Shown piece by piece: positions 35,462 through 54,096 of a stretch of 64,000 nt of DNA. The notes below the pieces were generated by a model. It searched no databases. It saw nothing but the letters and a program-made list of their open reading frames with translations, and had not been told where the DNA came from. Origin of the DNA: the human T2T-CHM13v2.0 reference genome, Homo sapiens; the NCBI RefSeq assembly GCF_009914755.1, contig NC_060940.1, one strand, 5' to 3'. A program made the translations under genes and the position numbers. The first letter of the stretch is position 1. Each line of letters begins with the position of its first letter.

Positions 35462-36076
<615 letters not shown>

Positions 36077-36453
36077 TGATTACAATTTAATAGATTTGTT
36101 TATAAAATTTTAGAGAGATTTAATTGGCCTTATGCTGTCTTTATCTTTTGAGAAGAAATTCCCTCAAAGAATAAAGGTTTCTACATTTTTTTTTGAAATC
36201 TTTGAGTTATCTCAGCACCATAGGAAAGGTAAAAACAGAAAAAAAAAAAGAAAATAAAAAAAGAAATCTGTGAGTTATCACTGTGGCTAAGTGAATGACT
36301 TATTTTACAATGACCTGTGATCCTATTTAGTGATAGCAACTGTTTTAAAACTTTTTCTAGGCCAGGCACGGTGGCTCACACCTGTAATCCCAGCACTTTG
36401 GGAGGCTGAGATGGGCAAATCAAGAGGTCAGGAAATCAAGACCATCCTAGCTA

Positions 36454-36708
<255 letters not shown>

Positions 36709-36743
36709 TCAGTCCTCATTAATTTTTGTGTGTGTGTGTCTGA

Positions 36744-37136
<393 letters not shown>

Positions 37137-37572
37137 TGATCCACCTGCCTCAGCTTCCCAAAGTGCTGGGATTACAGGCGTGAGTCACCTGCCTCAGCCT
37201 CCCACAGTGCTGGGATTACAGGTGTGAGCCACTGCGCCAGGCCTCCCAAGGTGTTGGGATTACAGGCGTGAGCCACCGCTCCGGGCCTCCCACAGTGCTA
37301 GGATTACAGGTGTCAGCTGCTGCACCTGGCAATTTTTTGATATTAGGTCCCCTGAAGTCCAAAAAGAGATATATGGCTTATTTGGTATAATGAAATCATA
37401 CAGGAAGCATTGTTAAAGGTGAAATGGTGTTTTTCTTGGGATTATATTTATATAAATGTGTTGTTAGTGTGTGTTCCAAAATTGTATGAGATGCCTGTGA
37501 TTCTGATACATCTTAGTATATGGTATTAGTAGTAATTATGATTATTATGTAAAATTGTTGTATGCCACATAA

Positions 37573-38002
<430 letters not shown>

Positions 38003-38513
38003 TGATCAGGGTCGTCTCAAACTCCTGACCTCAAGTGATCCACCCGCCTCAGTCTCCCAAAGTTTTGGGATTATAAATGTGCGCCACTGCACCCGGTCAA
38101 GACAGGGTTTTGCCATGTTAGCCAGGGAGGTCTCAAACTCCTGACCTCAAGTTATCCGCCCTGCTTGGTCTCCCAAAGTGCTGGGATTGCACACATGAGC
38201 CACTGTGCCTGGCCTCAATTATGTCTTTAACTGTGGCTGTTCTAAGACTTTTGTCATCCACAATTGTTGTTTTACTTTTATCCTTTCACAGAGCAGTTTA
38301 TAATCAGCTATAGAACTCTGAGGTACTCTTCAATCTAAGTTTCTGATCACTTTTGAGATTGTGCCATTGGAATAGAGCAAAAAACTTCCAAGACTCTCGT
38401 TGAGAGCTGCTATATTCATGAGGATTGTTCATCCAATATTGGGCAAAATGAGAGTTAATTTTATGGACTAAACTAATATAAGACTGAAATAATCTTTTTA
38501 TGTTTTTGCTTAA

Positions 38514-38759
<246 letters not shown>

Positions 38760-39266
38760 TAGCCAGGATGGTCTCAATCTCCTGACCTTGTGATCCGCCC
38801 ACCTCGGCCTCCCAGAGTGCTGGGATTACAGGCGTGAGCCACGGTGCCCGGCTGGTAACTTTTTTAACTTTGAGCTATTTGCAGCTTTTAGCAATTGAGT
38901 AAAGTACACTCCTGTGAGGAAGATTTGGAACATATTTCTGTTTTCTTTTTTGTTTTTTATATTTTGCTTGGGTAGCATATTTCTTTCTGATTTCTCCAAA
39001 AATTGGGAACTATCTGTGAGCACTATTTAAAAAAAAAAAAAAAACTTTTCCCTCTCCCTTCCCCTATTTGTATTCTAATGTCAATATAATGATGTGTGCA
39101 CGTGCAGTAACAATCTGTTTTCTCTTGTAATAGGACATAGAGACACTACATATTTTACCAAGGCTTTGACTGGAATGGCATGCTTTCAAATATAAACAGA
39201 CGGCTTTAAGGAATCAGAGTTGACCTATAGTGCCCATCAAAGCCCTTGGGAAAACTGGCTTCATAC

Positions 39267-39972
39267 TGTATCCACCCAGTGGATTCTTCTTGCCCAGATG
39301 GAGCCCATGTATCAAGGTAGGGAAACTGCAATAGAGAAAGGGTTTAATTCACACAGAGACAAGTGAATGGGAGACCAGAATTTGATGATTACTGAAATCA
39401 GTCTCCCCAAGAATTTGGGGACTAGGGTGTTCCAAAGGTAGTTTGGGGGAAGGGGTGGGGTAGCTTGGCAGTGGGTGCTTGCTGCTGATGGGTTGTGGGG
39501 GCGGGGGGCCATCGTAGGGTGTGAGACAGGATCCTCCCGTGTGCTGAACCGCTTCTGGGTGGGGCTGCAGGAGTAGTTGGCAGGTCCAGGTGGAGCCATC
39601 ATCAGTCAGTGGGTCCTGTTGGAGCCGTAGGTATCAGACATGCAAAAAACCCTTGCGAGGTACTGCAAAAGGCCAATCTTAGGTTACAATAGCATTGTTA
39701 TCTGCAGGACCTCTGGAATAATGGCTGATAATTGTTTATGTCTACATCTTAGCCAAATTCAGGCTCCTCTCCTCTCCCTAGCCTGGTGGCCCCTCATTAG
39801 TTTTACAAATACAGTTGAGTTTTGGGGAGGGGCTATTATCATGTAAACTATAAACATCTCCCAAAGCTAGCCCAAGAATAACTGAAGGCAGCTTGAAGGC
39901 TAAAGGTCAAAGGGGGTTTGGCTACATCAGATCTTCCCCAATTGGCATAATTTTCTCAATGATACAATTTTT
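39267..39972 (-). mobile_element. MER57-like LTR
   Basis: 'ccacccagtggattcttcttgccc...gggagaccagaatt...aaatcagtctcccc' pattern; ATTAAA on the - strand at 39343-39348. Confidence 0.55.
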
Positions 39973-40037
39973 GTGGCCGGGCTCGGTGGCTCACGCCTGT
40001 AATCCCAGCACTTTGGGAGGCCAAGGCGGGCAGATCA

Positions 40038-40367
<330 letters not shown>

Positions 40368-40888
40368 TCAGTACTACCTGATTTCACTTTGGTAAAAATA
40401 GGAGACTAGAGAGAGAAAAATTATGTTTCAAAATAAACTATAGTATACCTGTTATTAGATTCTAGCCTTGCCTAAGGTTTTTCAACTTTTATTATTTTCT
40501 CTTTTTTTGTTTGTTTATTTGTTTTTTCAGACAGGGTCTCACTCTGTCACCCGGGCAGTGGTGTGGTATCAGTTCACTGCAACCTCTGCCTCCTGGGTTC
40601 AAGTGATTCTCGTGCCTCAGCCTCCCGAGTAGCTGGGATTATTGGTGTGCACCACTATGGCCAGCTCATTTTTTTGTATTTTTAGTAGAGATGCGTTTCA
40701 CCATGTTGGCCAGGCTAGTCTCGAACTCCTGACCTCATGATCCACCGGCCTCGGCCTCCCAAAGTGCTGGGATTATAGGCATGAGCCACTGCGCCGGGCC
40801 AAAGCCGTGCTTTTCTTAAAGCTCTGCGAACGAAAGCTAGACAACTTAAACCTCAGAAGAGAATAATGGTACCTATTTATATACATAA

Positions 40889-41519
<631 letters not shown>

Positions 41520-41730
41520 TAGTGGAGATGGGGTTTCACTGTGTTAGCCAGGATGGTCTCTATCTCCTGACCTCGTGATCGACCCGCCTCAGACTCCCAA
41601 AGTGCTGGGATTACAGGCATGAGCCACCACGCCTGGCCAACACCCCCATTTTGTATACCACACTCAACTCCCCCATTTTCTACATGCTGATCAAAACCAA
41701 TCTGAATGGAGTCTAGGTCTGGCTGTGGGC

Positions 41731-42198
41731 TGTTGGGAACAGGCCCCCAAATCTGGCCATCAACTGGCCGCAAAACTGGCCATAAACAAAATCTCTGCTG
41801 CACTGTGACATGCTCATGATGGCCATGACTCCCACACTGGAATGAGGGCAAGGAACACCTGGCCCACCCAGGGCGGAAAACCGCTTAAAGGAGTTCCTGA
41901 ACCACAAACAATAGCATGAGCGATCTGTGCCTTAAGGACGTGCTCCTGCTGCAGATAACTAGCCAGACCCATCCCTTTATTTCCCGTAAGAAGTGCTTTT
42001 AATCTATAATCTATAGAAACAATGCTTATCACTGGCTTGCTGTCAATAAATATGTGGGTAAATCTCTGTTCGAGGCTTTCAGCTTCGAAGGCTGTGAGAC
42101 CCCTGATTTCCCACTCCACACCCTATATTTCTGTGTGTGTTTCTTTAATTCCTCTAGCGCCGCTGGGTTAGGGTCTCCACGACCGAGCTGGTCCCGCA
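41731..42198 (+). mobile_element. Solo LTR3 (HERV-K HML-6-type LTR)
   Basis: Starts tgttgggaacaggcccccaaatctggcc, ends gagctggtcccgca; AATAAA near 42045; 6-bp TSD GTGGGC at 41725-41730 and 42199-42204. Confidence 0.85.
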
Positions 42199-42363
42199 GT
42201 GGGCAGTGGTTTGGGCCCGACCGAGCTGGTCCCGCAGTGGGCGGTGGTTTGGGCCCGACCGAGCTGGTCCCGCAGTGGGCGGTGGTTTGGGCCCGACCGA
42301 GCTGGTCTCGCAGTGGGCGGTGGTTTGGGCCCGACCGAGCTGGTCTCGCAGTGGTTTGGGCCC
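42180..42363. repeat. 38-bp minisatellite, 5 copies, spanning the LTR3 3' junction
   Basis: Unit cgaccgagctggtc(c/t)cgcagtggg(c)ggtggtttgggcc starts at 42180, 42218, 42256, 42294 and 42332. Confidence 0.95.
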
Positions 42364-42835
42364 TGCTTGCTCGACTGGATTTCAACAGTGAAGCCAGATT
42401 AGAGGACATGCTGGCTGCCCCGATCCTGGACCTGGACCAATGGTGCTTCCTAAACATTCCATGTCAACTTTTCTTTTTCCACCTTCCAGGGCTGGGCTGT
42501 GAAAGAGATTGGAGAGGCAGGTGCCTGTGAGAGAAGCTTCTACCAGCCTGGGAAGTCAGGTCTTCCATGAGTGAGGGGAGGTATCTACTTTGCCAAACCT
42601 TGTTAGGGAATGCTGACATAGCTGCCTCTTCCTGCCCAGAAGCTAAGCTTGAATGCCACCCCTCACAGAGCTTCTCTCCTGTCTTTCACTCACTCCTGCT
42701 TATTTCTGTGACAGAACTTGACGGCATGGACATTGCCACTTGCTTCCTTCAGTCTCCCGGAGTCCCCATGTCCTGAACACAGAGGAGGCACCCAAATGCT
42801 TGCTGAAGCCACATCCCTGGACCAAGTGACCTGAC

Positions 42836-43232
42836 CCTCACCTGGAGGACCTTCACCTTCACCTCTCACCTGGAGGACCCTCTCACCTGGAAGACTCTCT
42901 CACCTGGAGGACCACCCCACCTGAAGGACTCCCAACTGGAGGACCCTCTTACCTGGGGGACCCCCTCCGCTGGAGGACCCTCTCACCTGGAGGACCCTCT
43001 TACCTGGAGGGCCCTTCACCTGGGGGACTCCCCCACCTAGAGGATCCTCTTACCTGGAGGTCCCCTCACCTGGGGAACCCCCCCCCCACCTAGAGGATCC
43101 TCTTACCTGGAGGACCCCCCACCGAGAGGACCCTCCCCCCCCACCTGGAGGACCTCCCCACATGAAGGACTCCCACCTGGAGGACCTTCTTACCTGGGGG
43201 AACCCGTCTCACCTGGAAGACCTTCACCTGGG
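42836..43232. repeat. ~17-bp degenerate tandem repeat (ct(c/t)acctggaggaccct) upstream of CDK10
   Basis: About 20 recurrences of acctgg(a/g)gga. Confidence 0.92.
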
Positions 43233-43234
43233 TA

Positions 43235-44120
43235 ATCGCCGTGGCCTCCCACTACGGCGCAGCCGGGTCGGCTGCCCGGGCTTCACCCTAAAATAAGGCC
43301 CGAACTGCAGCAGTCGGAGCCGATCCCTGGAGCCCAGCGCCTAGGGCGGACCCGCGGGAGCGTCTCTTGGTAACCGTTGCTAAGGAGAGGAAGCCCGGGA
43401 AGGAGCTTTCGCGCCTGCGCCGCGGGGCCGTCCGCGTCTGCGCCTGCGCGCAAGAGAGGCGGGGCCAGCGCTCGGCATGGCGGAGCCAGATCTGGAGTGC
43501 GAGCAGATCCGTCTGAAGTGTATTCGTAAGGAGGGCTTCTTCACGGTGCCTCCGGAACACAGGGTGCGCGGGGTGCCACCCGGGCAGCTCTGCCCGCCTC
43601 GCTAGCGGCACTGCCCGGCTGGGTCTGGGGAGCCTCGTGTCGCGCTGCCGCGCCGAGGCTTCCGGCACGGGCGGGAACGACAGTCCCAGAGTTCCCCGCG
43701 GCGGGGGCGGAAGCCGGGGCGGGGCGGGCTCAGGACCCCCGACAGCCGGTCCCTGGAGATCTGAGGGGCCGGGGCGGGCTCAGGGATGCCTCGCGCCCGC
43801 GGAGAGACGGGCCCGGGACTTGGGAAGAGCAGGCTCCGGGATCCAGCTCGGGCGCTGCTGGGTTCAGCGCCCGAGCTGGGCTTTGCAGGCTGAGCCGCGA
43901 GCCACTTGTTTGTGGGGAGAATTTACACCCGCGACGAGTTCGAGCTTGAAGGCTCCCGCTGGGCTTGGGCTGCATGGAGCGGGGTCCAGCGCTGCCTGGC
44001 GGCTTCACGCGAACCCTGGGCGCGTCCCTTGCGGAGGTGCCGGTGCCTCCCTCTGCAGAGACCAGGAGAGAGCCTCTGGGCGTTGGGCGGTGTTGCCCAG
44101 GTGCACGGCTGGTGGGGGTG
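43235..44120. promoter_or_regulatory. CDK10: CDK10 CpG-island promoter and first exon (probably bidirectional)
   Basis: High CpG density; NRF1-like GCGCCTGCGC at ~43411 and ~43440; GC boxes; paired RFX-like half sites GGTAAC/GTTGCT at 43362-43390. Confidence 0.85.
43477..43563 (+). CDS. CDK10: CDK10 exon 1 (MAEPDLECEQIRLKCIRKEGFFTVPPEHR)
   Basis: GGCATGG start; GT donor; the 13 exons sum to 1083 nt = 360 aa. Confidence 0.95.
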
Positions 44121-44329
44121 GAGAGCCCTGAACTTTGGCCGCTGGTTTGTGTTTTTAACTGCTGGCTGGTGCTCTGAGAGGCCAAGCCACGTGTTCAGTA
44201 AGAATCATTAACAGATCGTGGCTGGATGACAACAGGAGCCACACTTTACTCATCCAGACGTGCAGCAGGCGCTCACCGCGTTGAGAGCCGTGTGCTGGAC
44301 TCTGGGGTGAAGTAGTGAGTTGGCCTTTC

Positions 44330-46835
<2,506 letters not shown>

Positions 46836-47317
46836 ACCAAAAACACCACACACAACTAAAGGTTATAACAGATGTGAAATTGGCGTAGGTCATTCTGGAA
46901 GCTGCACACATTAGCAGGATGTTTTGTAGAGCCATCTTCACACAAAATAAGGTTTGCTTTTTTCTGCATAGAGTACCTTATTTGCTTTTAGGACATTACA
47001 AGAGAGCACAAAGCAGTGATCTGCATGCTAAGGAGGACATGGAGAGCCTGGAGCCACAGAACTGAGTGGCTGGAGGCCAGGGTCCAGCACAGAGCAAAGT
47101 TGGGCACCCCCTGCCCAGTTCAAATGAGGAAACCCTCCGGGGGAACGCGTCTCGGGCTAGGGGCGTTGCACAGAGTGGGGACTGAGTGTCACTGGGCATG
47201 AGGTTGTCAGAGGAAAGAACGGGGACCCCTGTGGCTCAGGGAGAGCCTCCCGTTCAGCGCTAGGGAGCCCACGAGGGGCATCGAGATGATGTCATCACCA
47301 ATGTGTTTCCATTCCAG

Positions 47318-47389
47318 ATCGGGCCCGGGACACCCAGACAGATGAGATTGTCGCACTGAAGAAGGTGCGGATGGACAAGGAGAAGGATG
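47318..47389 (+). CDS. CDK10: CDK10 exon 3 (YRARDTQTDEIVALKKVRMDKEKD; catalytic Lys)
   Basis: 72 nt, AG/GTGAGC. Confidence 0.97.
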
Positions 47390-47755
47390 GTGAGCAGGAA
47401 ATTGGGGTGTTGGGACCTCGCACTGGGAGGAGGCAGAAGGATGTGAGTTACCTGAAGTTTCCTCAGAGCGACTGCACGGTGCTTGTAGCGGGGGCCGGCC
47501 TCTGGGAGGGTTCTGGTGTGGCCCAGCACATCACCCCCAGGTCCACACGCAGCCTCAGCTGTCTGCCAGGAGGGCTCTGCAGTCTCCATCCCCTCCTCCC
47601 CCTCCTGTCTGGTGAGGCCACCTCACTGCAGGCTCAGCTCTGCTGTCCCCTCCACCCCCAGCACCTGCCTGTGCAGGCAGGGCCCTGCCATGCCCCACAT
47701 AGATGTCCACGGTGTTTAGAGAGGTGCCGATTCGTATTTGGTCAAGGAAGAGTTA

Positions 47756-48114
<359 letters not shown>

Positions 48115-48131
48115 CTATCAGGTGTTCGTGA

Positions 48132-48404
<273 letters not shown>

Positions 48405-48529
48405 TGAGGTTGTCAGAGAAGAGATGACCCCACCTCACCGCCTGGCTCAGCCCATTGTCTGAGGGGGACACAGGTTGTCCTGCCCATGTCCCCTCCTGCA
48501 GCAGGGGAGGCTCCACTTCCACCCCTTAG

Positions 48530-48715
<186 letters not shown>

Positions 48716-48824
48716 TAACGAAACAGGGCACTTGGGGACTTGAAGAGCTGCTGCTGCCTCTGCCTCCACCTCCCAGTGTTTCAGCGAGCTTCAGTGAGGT
48801 GGAATTCCTGTGGTGGGGGCATCT

Positions 48825-49121
48825 GCTGGGAGCGGGCAGCCCCAGGGCCGAGAGCCTTATGAGGGCACTGGTTTCCTGGGCTGTTGGGAGCAGGCAGCCC
48901 CGGGGCTGAGAGCCTTCTGAGGGCACTGGTTTCCTGGGCTGCTGGGAGCGGGGAGCCCTGGGCGGAGAGCCTTCTGAGGGCACTGGTTTTCTGGGCTGCT
49001 GGGAGAGTGCAGCCCCGGGGCCAAGAGCCTTGTGAGGGCACTGGTTTCCTGGGCTGCTGGGAGCGTGCAGCCCCGGGGCCGAGAGCCTTCTGAGGGCACT
49101 GGTTTCCTGGGCTATTGGGAC
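48825..49121. repeat. 58-bp minisatellite, 5 copies, in CDK10 intron 5
   Basis: gagggcactggttt occurs at 48861, 48919, 48976, 49034 and 49092. Confidence 0.93.
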
Positions 49122-49201
49122 TGCTAGTCCTGCTGGCCAGTGTGGGTGTGGCAGGGCCCAGCTGGGCTTCCCTGCAGGCTCACCCTGACTGGTACCTCTG
49201 A

Positions 49202-49321
<120 letters not shown>

Positions 49322-49620
49322 TGAGGCCTGACTCTGCTGCCCCTGTGGAGTTACTAAAAGCTCAGGGGTTCCCAGCTGCAGCAGCCTGCCCGCTGCTCGC
49401 ACTCCATTTGTGTTTTTTTCTAAAATAGAGAAGGGGTCTCTCTGTGTTGCCCAGGCTGGTCTCACACACTTGGGCTCAAGTGATCCACCCACCTTGGCCT
49501 CCCAAAGTGCTGGGATTACAGGTGGGAGCCACCACACCCGGGCATGCACTCCGATTTTTAAAAGGTCCAAACATCAACAGCATGTAAGAGTTAATGAAAA
49601 AAAAAATAATAAAGATACTA

Positions 49621-50092
<472 letters not shown>

Positions 50093-50163
50093 GTGGGTGC
50101 AACTTGGGCCAGGCCCTGTCCCTAGATGGCACTTGGTGACACACACTCCCCTCTCTGCTGCAG

Positions 50164-50233
50164 CGGATTTCGGCCTGGCCCGGGCCTATGGTGTCCCAGT
50201 AAAGCCAATGACCCCCAAGGTGGTCACTCTCTG
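50164..50233 (+). CDS. CDK10: CDK10 exon 8 ([24 protein letters not shown]; DFG and T-loop)
   Basis: 70 nt, GTAAGT donor. Confidence 0.97.
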
Positions 50234-50938
50234 GTAAGTCCTTCTGAAGCATGGTGGCCCCTGGGGACCAGGCCTGTCTGGTGGAGGTCTCCTTGGGGAT
50301 GTCAGGCCGAAGCTGCAACTGGCCTTGGGAATGTTAAGCTACAGGGTCTGTGCACACTCAGAAACGTTGGGTCTAGGACAGCCTCCAGGACACAGCAGGG
50401 CTGTGCCACAAAATGGTGAGAGACGGGCTCAGTGGCGTCAAGGGCCTGCCTAGATCAGACACACCTCGCCTTGAGAGCTGGAAACACCGTGGCCGTGAAA
50501 CCATCTCTGGAGGGAAGGCTGCTTCACGGACTGAAGGACAGGCAGCTTGCATGCTTTCCCTGGTTCTTCCTCCTGGATACTTTTAACCAAACAGGGTCAT
50601 GCTTAGCCAGGGCTGAATATCAGAGTTGGTCAGAATCAGGTCAGGACCCCAGTGTCGTGTACTCCCCATCTGAGAACGGGTTGGTAGTGGCTGGTGTGGC
50701 TGTGTGCCGAGGGTCCGTGGTCCCTGCGACTCTCAGGACACCGCTGCACGTGACAGCTCTCGCCCCCGGCAACCATTGCTGTGTGTGCCACCTGGATCTG
50801 CAGGGCCTGGGGCAGAGGGTGGTCCGAGTTGGGACAGGTTTCCAGGCCACCACAGGCTCTCGGGGAGGCTGTGTCCTGTGGAGGCCTGGGCTGGGGGAGA
50901 GGAGCCGGCCGTATTGAGGTGGGTGCTTCTGTGTGTAG

Positions 50939-50998
50939 GTACCGAGCCCCTGAACTGCTGTTGGGAACCACCACGCAGACCACCAGCATCGACATGTG
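50939..50998 (+). CDS. CDK10: CDK10 exon 9 (YRAPELLLGTTTQTTSIDMW)
   Basis: 60 nt; APE motif. Confidence 0.97.
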
Positions 50999-51311
50999 GT
51001 GAGGAGATATGGTTACCGCTCCTGGGGCCTCAGGAAGGGCTGGGACAGGAGCCGGGTCACCTGGTTCCTAAGCTCAGCCTCAGGGGAGGGGCAGGAGTGC
51101 AGTGGGGTCTTTGCCAGCCTCCCACTCCCAGGGAGGTGGGCCTGAGCCTGGAAACCCAGGAGGAGGTGTGAGAACTTAGCTTGCTGTTCTCAGGCTGGGA
51201 GCACAGAGGTCTGGAGGAGGCACGCCTGCCCCTGCACTTGTCACCCCGGGAGGCCTGCGGGGCCCAGGAGGGGAGCCAGTGGTCCCTGCCTGTCCTTCAC
51301 AGTGTCCCTGA

Positions 51312-51840
<529 letters not shown>

Positions 51841-52058
51841 TGATCTCTGCACGGGGGGCAGGGACCCTCACCACCCACACTGTCCAGACCGTTTCCCAGA
51901 GCCCAGCCTCACTGCGGTGGAGAGGCCCCTCCCCAGGCACAGCCGCTCGGAGTGGCCACCTGGCTTCCTTTGAGCATTTGAATCACAGGCTGCTCAGCTG
52001 GGTGGGAGGTGAGGAAGCCGCACTCACAAGTCGCACTAACGCAGGCTGCCTCCTCCAG

Positions 52059-52111
52059 GGCGACGGCCGGGGACTGCCTGGAGAGCTCCTATTTCAAGGA
52101 GAAGCCCCTAC
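52059..52111 (+). CDS. CDK10: CDK10 exon 12 (ATAGDCLESSYFKEKPL)
   Basis: 53 nt; CACTAAC branch point at 52034-52040; GTGAGT donor. Confidence 0.95.
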
Positions 52112-52344
52112 GTGAGTGTGCAGGGTTCCTGACTCGCTCTGTGGGGTATGGCTGGGAGCCCGTTTTGCCCGGGGTGGGTGGTGGAGAAGTGGCCTGCTGC
52201 CCTCACTGACGGCACACCCTTTCTGGGGTAAGAGGACAGGGGCATGTGGAGGCACAGACAGCCCAGGGCCAGGTCCAGAGGCAGAGCTGGACTCAGACCT
52301 GGGCCTGCTCCTCCTATCTGGGGCCCTGCCCCGCCCAGCACTGA

Positions 52345-52458
<114 letters not shown>

Positions 52459-53099
52459 CGGTGGGCCTGGCACACGCCTGTATTCCCACACCAGGTCTTC
52501 CGATCAGTGGTGTCTGTGAAGGGTGCCGCGAGCCAGGCTGACCAGGCGCCCGGGATCCAGCTCATCCCCTTGGCTGGGAACATCCTCCACTGACTTCCTC
52601 CCACTGTCTGCCCTGAACCCACTGCTGCCCCCAGAAAAAGGCCGGGTGACACCGGGGGGCTCCCAGCCCGTGCACCCTGGAAGGGCAGGTCTGGCGGCTC
52701 CATCCGTGGCTGCAGGGGTCTCATGTGGTCCTCCTCGCTATGTTGGAAATGTGCAACCACTGCTTCTTGGGAGGAGTGGTGGGTGCAGTCCCCCCGCTGT
52801 CTTTGAGTTGTGGTGGACGCTGGCCTGGGATGAGAGGGCCCAGAAGACCTTCGTATCCCCTCTCAGTCGCCCGGGGCTGTCCCGTGCATGGGTTGGCTGT
52901 GGGGACCCCAGGTGGGCCTGGCAGGACTCCAGATGAGGACAAGAGGGACAAGGTATGGGGTGGGAGCCACAATTGAGGATACCCCGAGACTACCAGGAGA
53001 GCCCTGGGCTGGAGGCTGAGCTGCATCCCTGCTCCCCACATGGAGGACCCAACAGGAGGCCGTGGCTCTGATGCTGAGCGAAGCTATAGGCTCTTGTTG

Positions 53100-53105
53100 G
53101 ATAAA
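53100..53105 (+). terminator. CDK10: Candidate CDK10 variant poly(A) signal GATAAA
   Basis: Only PAS-like hexamer I found before the SPATA2L 3' end. Confidence 0.55.
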
Positions 53106-53133
53106 AGCTTTAACAGACATGGTTTCACCAGCG

Positions 53134-53139
53134 TTTAAT
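53134..53139 (-). terminator. SPATA2L: Candidate SPATA2L poly(A) signal ATTAAA
   Basis: tttaat on the + strand, about 960 nt downstream of the stop. Confidence 0.65.
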
Positions 53140-54096
53140 GTGCTCTGATGTTGACCGTCCCTCTGAGTGTTCTGGGGAGGAGGGGGTGGGGCGGAGGGTC
53201 AGGAAAGCAGGCTCAGCTTCCAGGGTCAGGGAGTTGTGGGCCCAGAGGGGCTGTCACAGTGGATGCACCTTGCCCCCTCCCTCGCCAGACCCGAGGGTAG
53301 GGCAGAGGCACCTCCTCGCCAGCCTGTGGGCTGCACCCACAGGGAATGGAGGGGAGGGGCACCATTACCACTGGACCCACCAAGACCCCGCCGCCTGGGT
53401 GGGCTGTCCACAGGCCCTTCCGCCCAGCAGCAGTGACGCTCAGGGCCTTCCCAGCTGTCAGCCACTGCCCGTTCCTGCGCCTCTCGTGCACCTCCACATC
53501 TGGTTTGAGGTCAGGTCATTTCCTGTCTGTGGGCCCAGCTGCTGTGACACCCAAGGGGAGGGCCGGCGCCCCCGAAGCCAGGTCAGCCGTGCACCCGGCA
53601 GAGCCCCGCAGATTGGCTCCAGCAGAGCTTGGGGTGGGGGGAGCTCGGTGTCACCAACAGGCCCTTGAGGACACTCGTGTGGAGAATCCCTGGGACACGT
53701 GGAGGACCCCCAACTCCTGAGCCCCGTACTCCGTACTGCAGGGAGCAGGCCAGGAGCCACGGGCCTTGGGGCACAGGGTCCTTCTCAGGGACAGGTTCAG
53801 GCACTGGCTGGAACAGGCTGGACCCCTCTACCCAGCACATGTGGGCATGCGTCTGGGTTCCGAGGGTGGGGAAATGTGGAAAGGCTCCTGCTGGCCGGCT
53901 TAGGCCTGCTGCCCTTGGAGCCTTCCATATACAGAGAGTCCCACCTCCAGCAAGGGTTGGCCTGGACTCTCCATCCCCCTGCTGTGCCCAGGACTCCCCC
54001 AGGGACAAGGCAACCAGAGGCCCAGACCCCTCCCCAGCAAAGAGAAGCACCACGGGAGCTGTCTCCCAAGAGCCCTTGACCTGGGGCCCAGCTGGC

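Noticed and set aside
42180-43232. Short regularly spaced repeats as a possible CRISPR array
   Set aside because: This is eukaryotic DNA with no unique spacers and no cas genes; the repeats are minisatellites.
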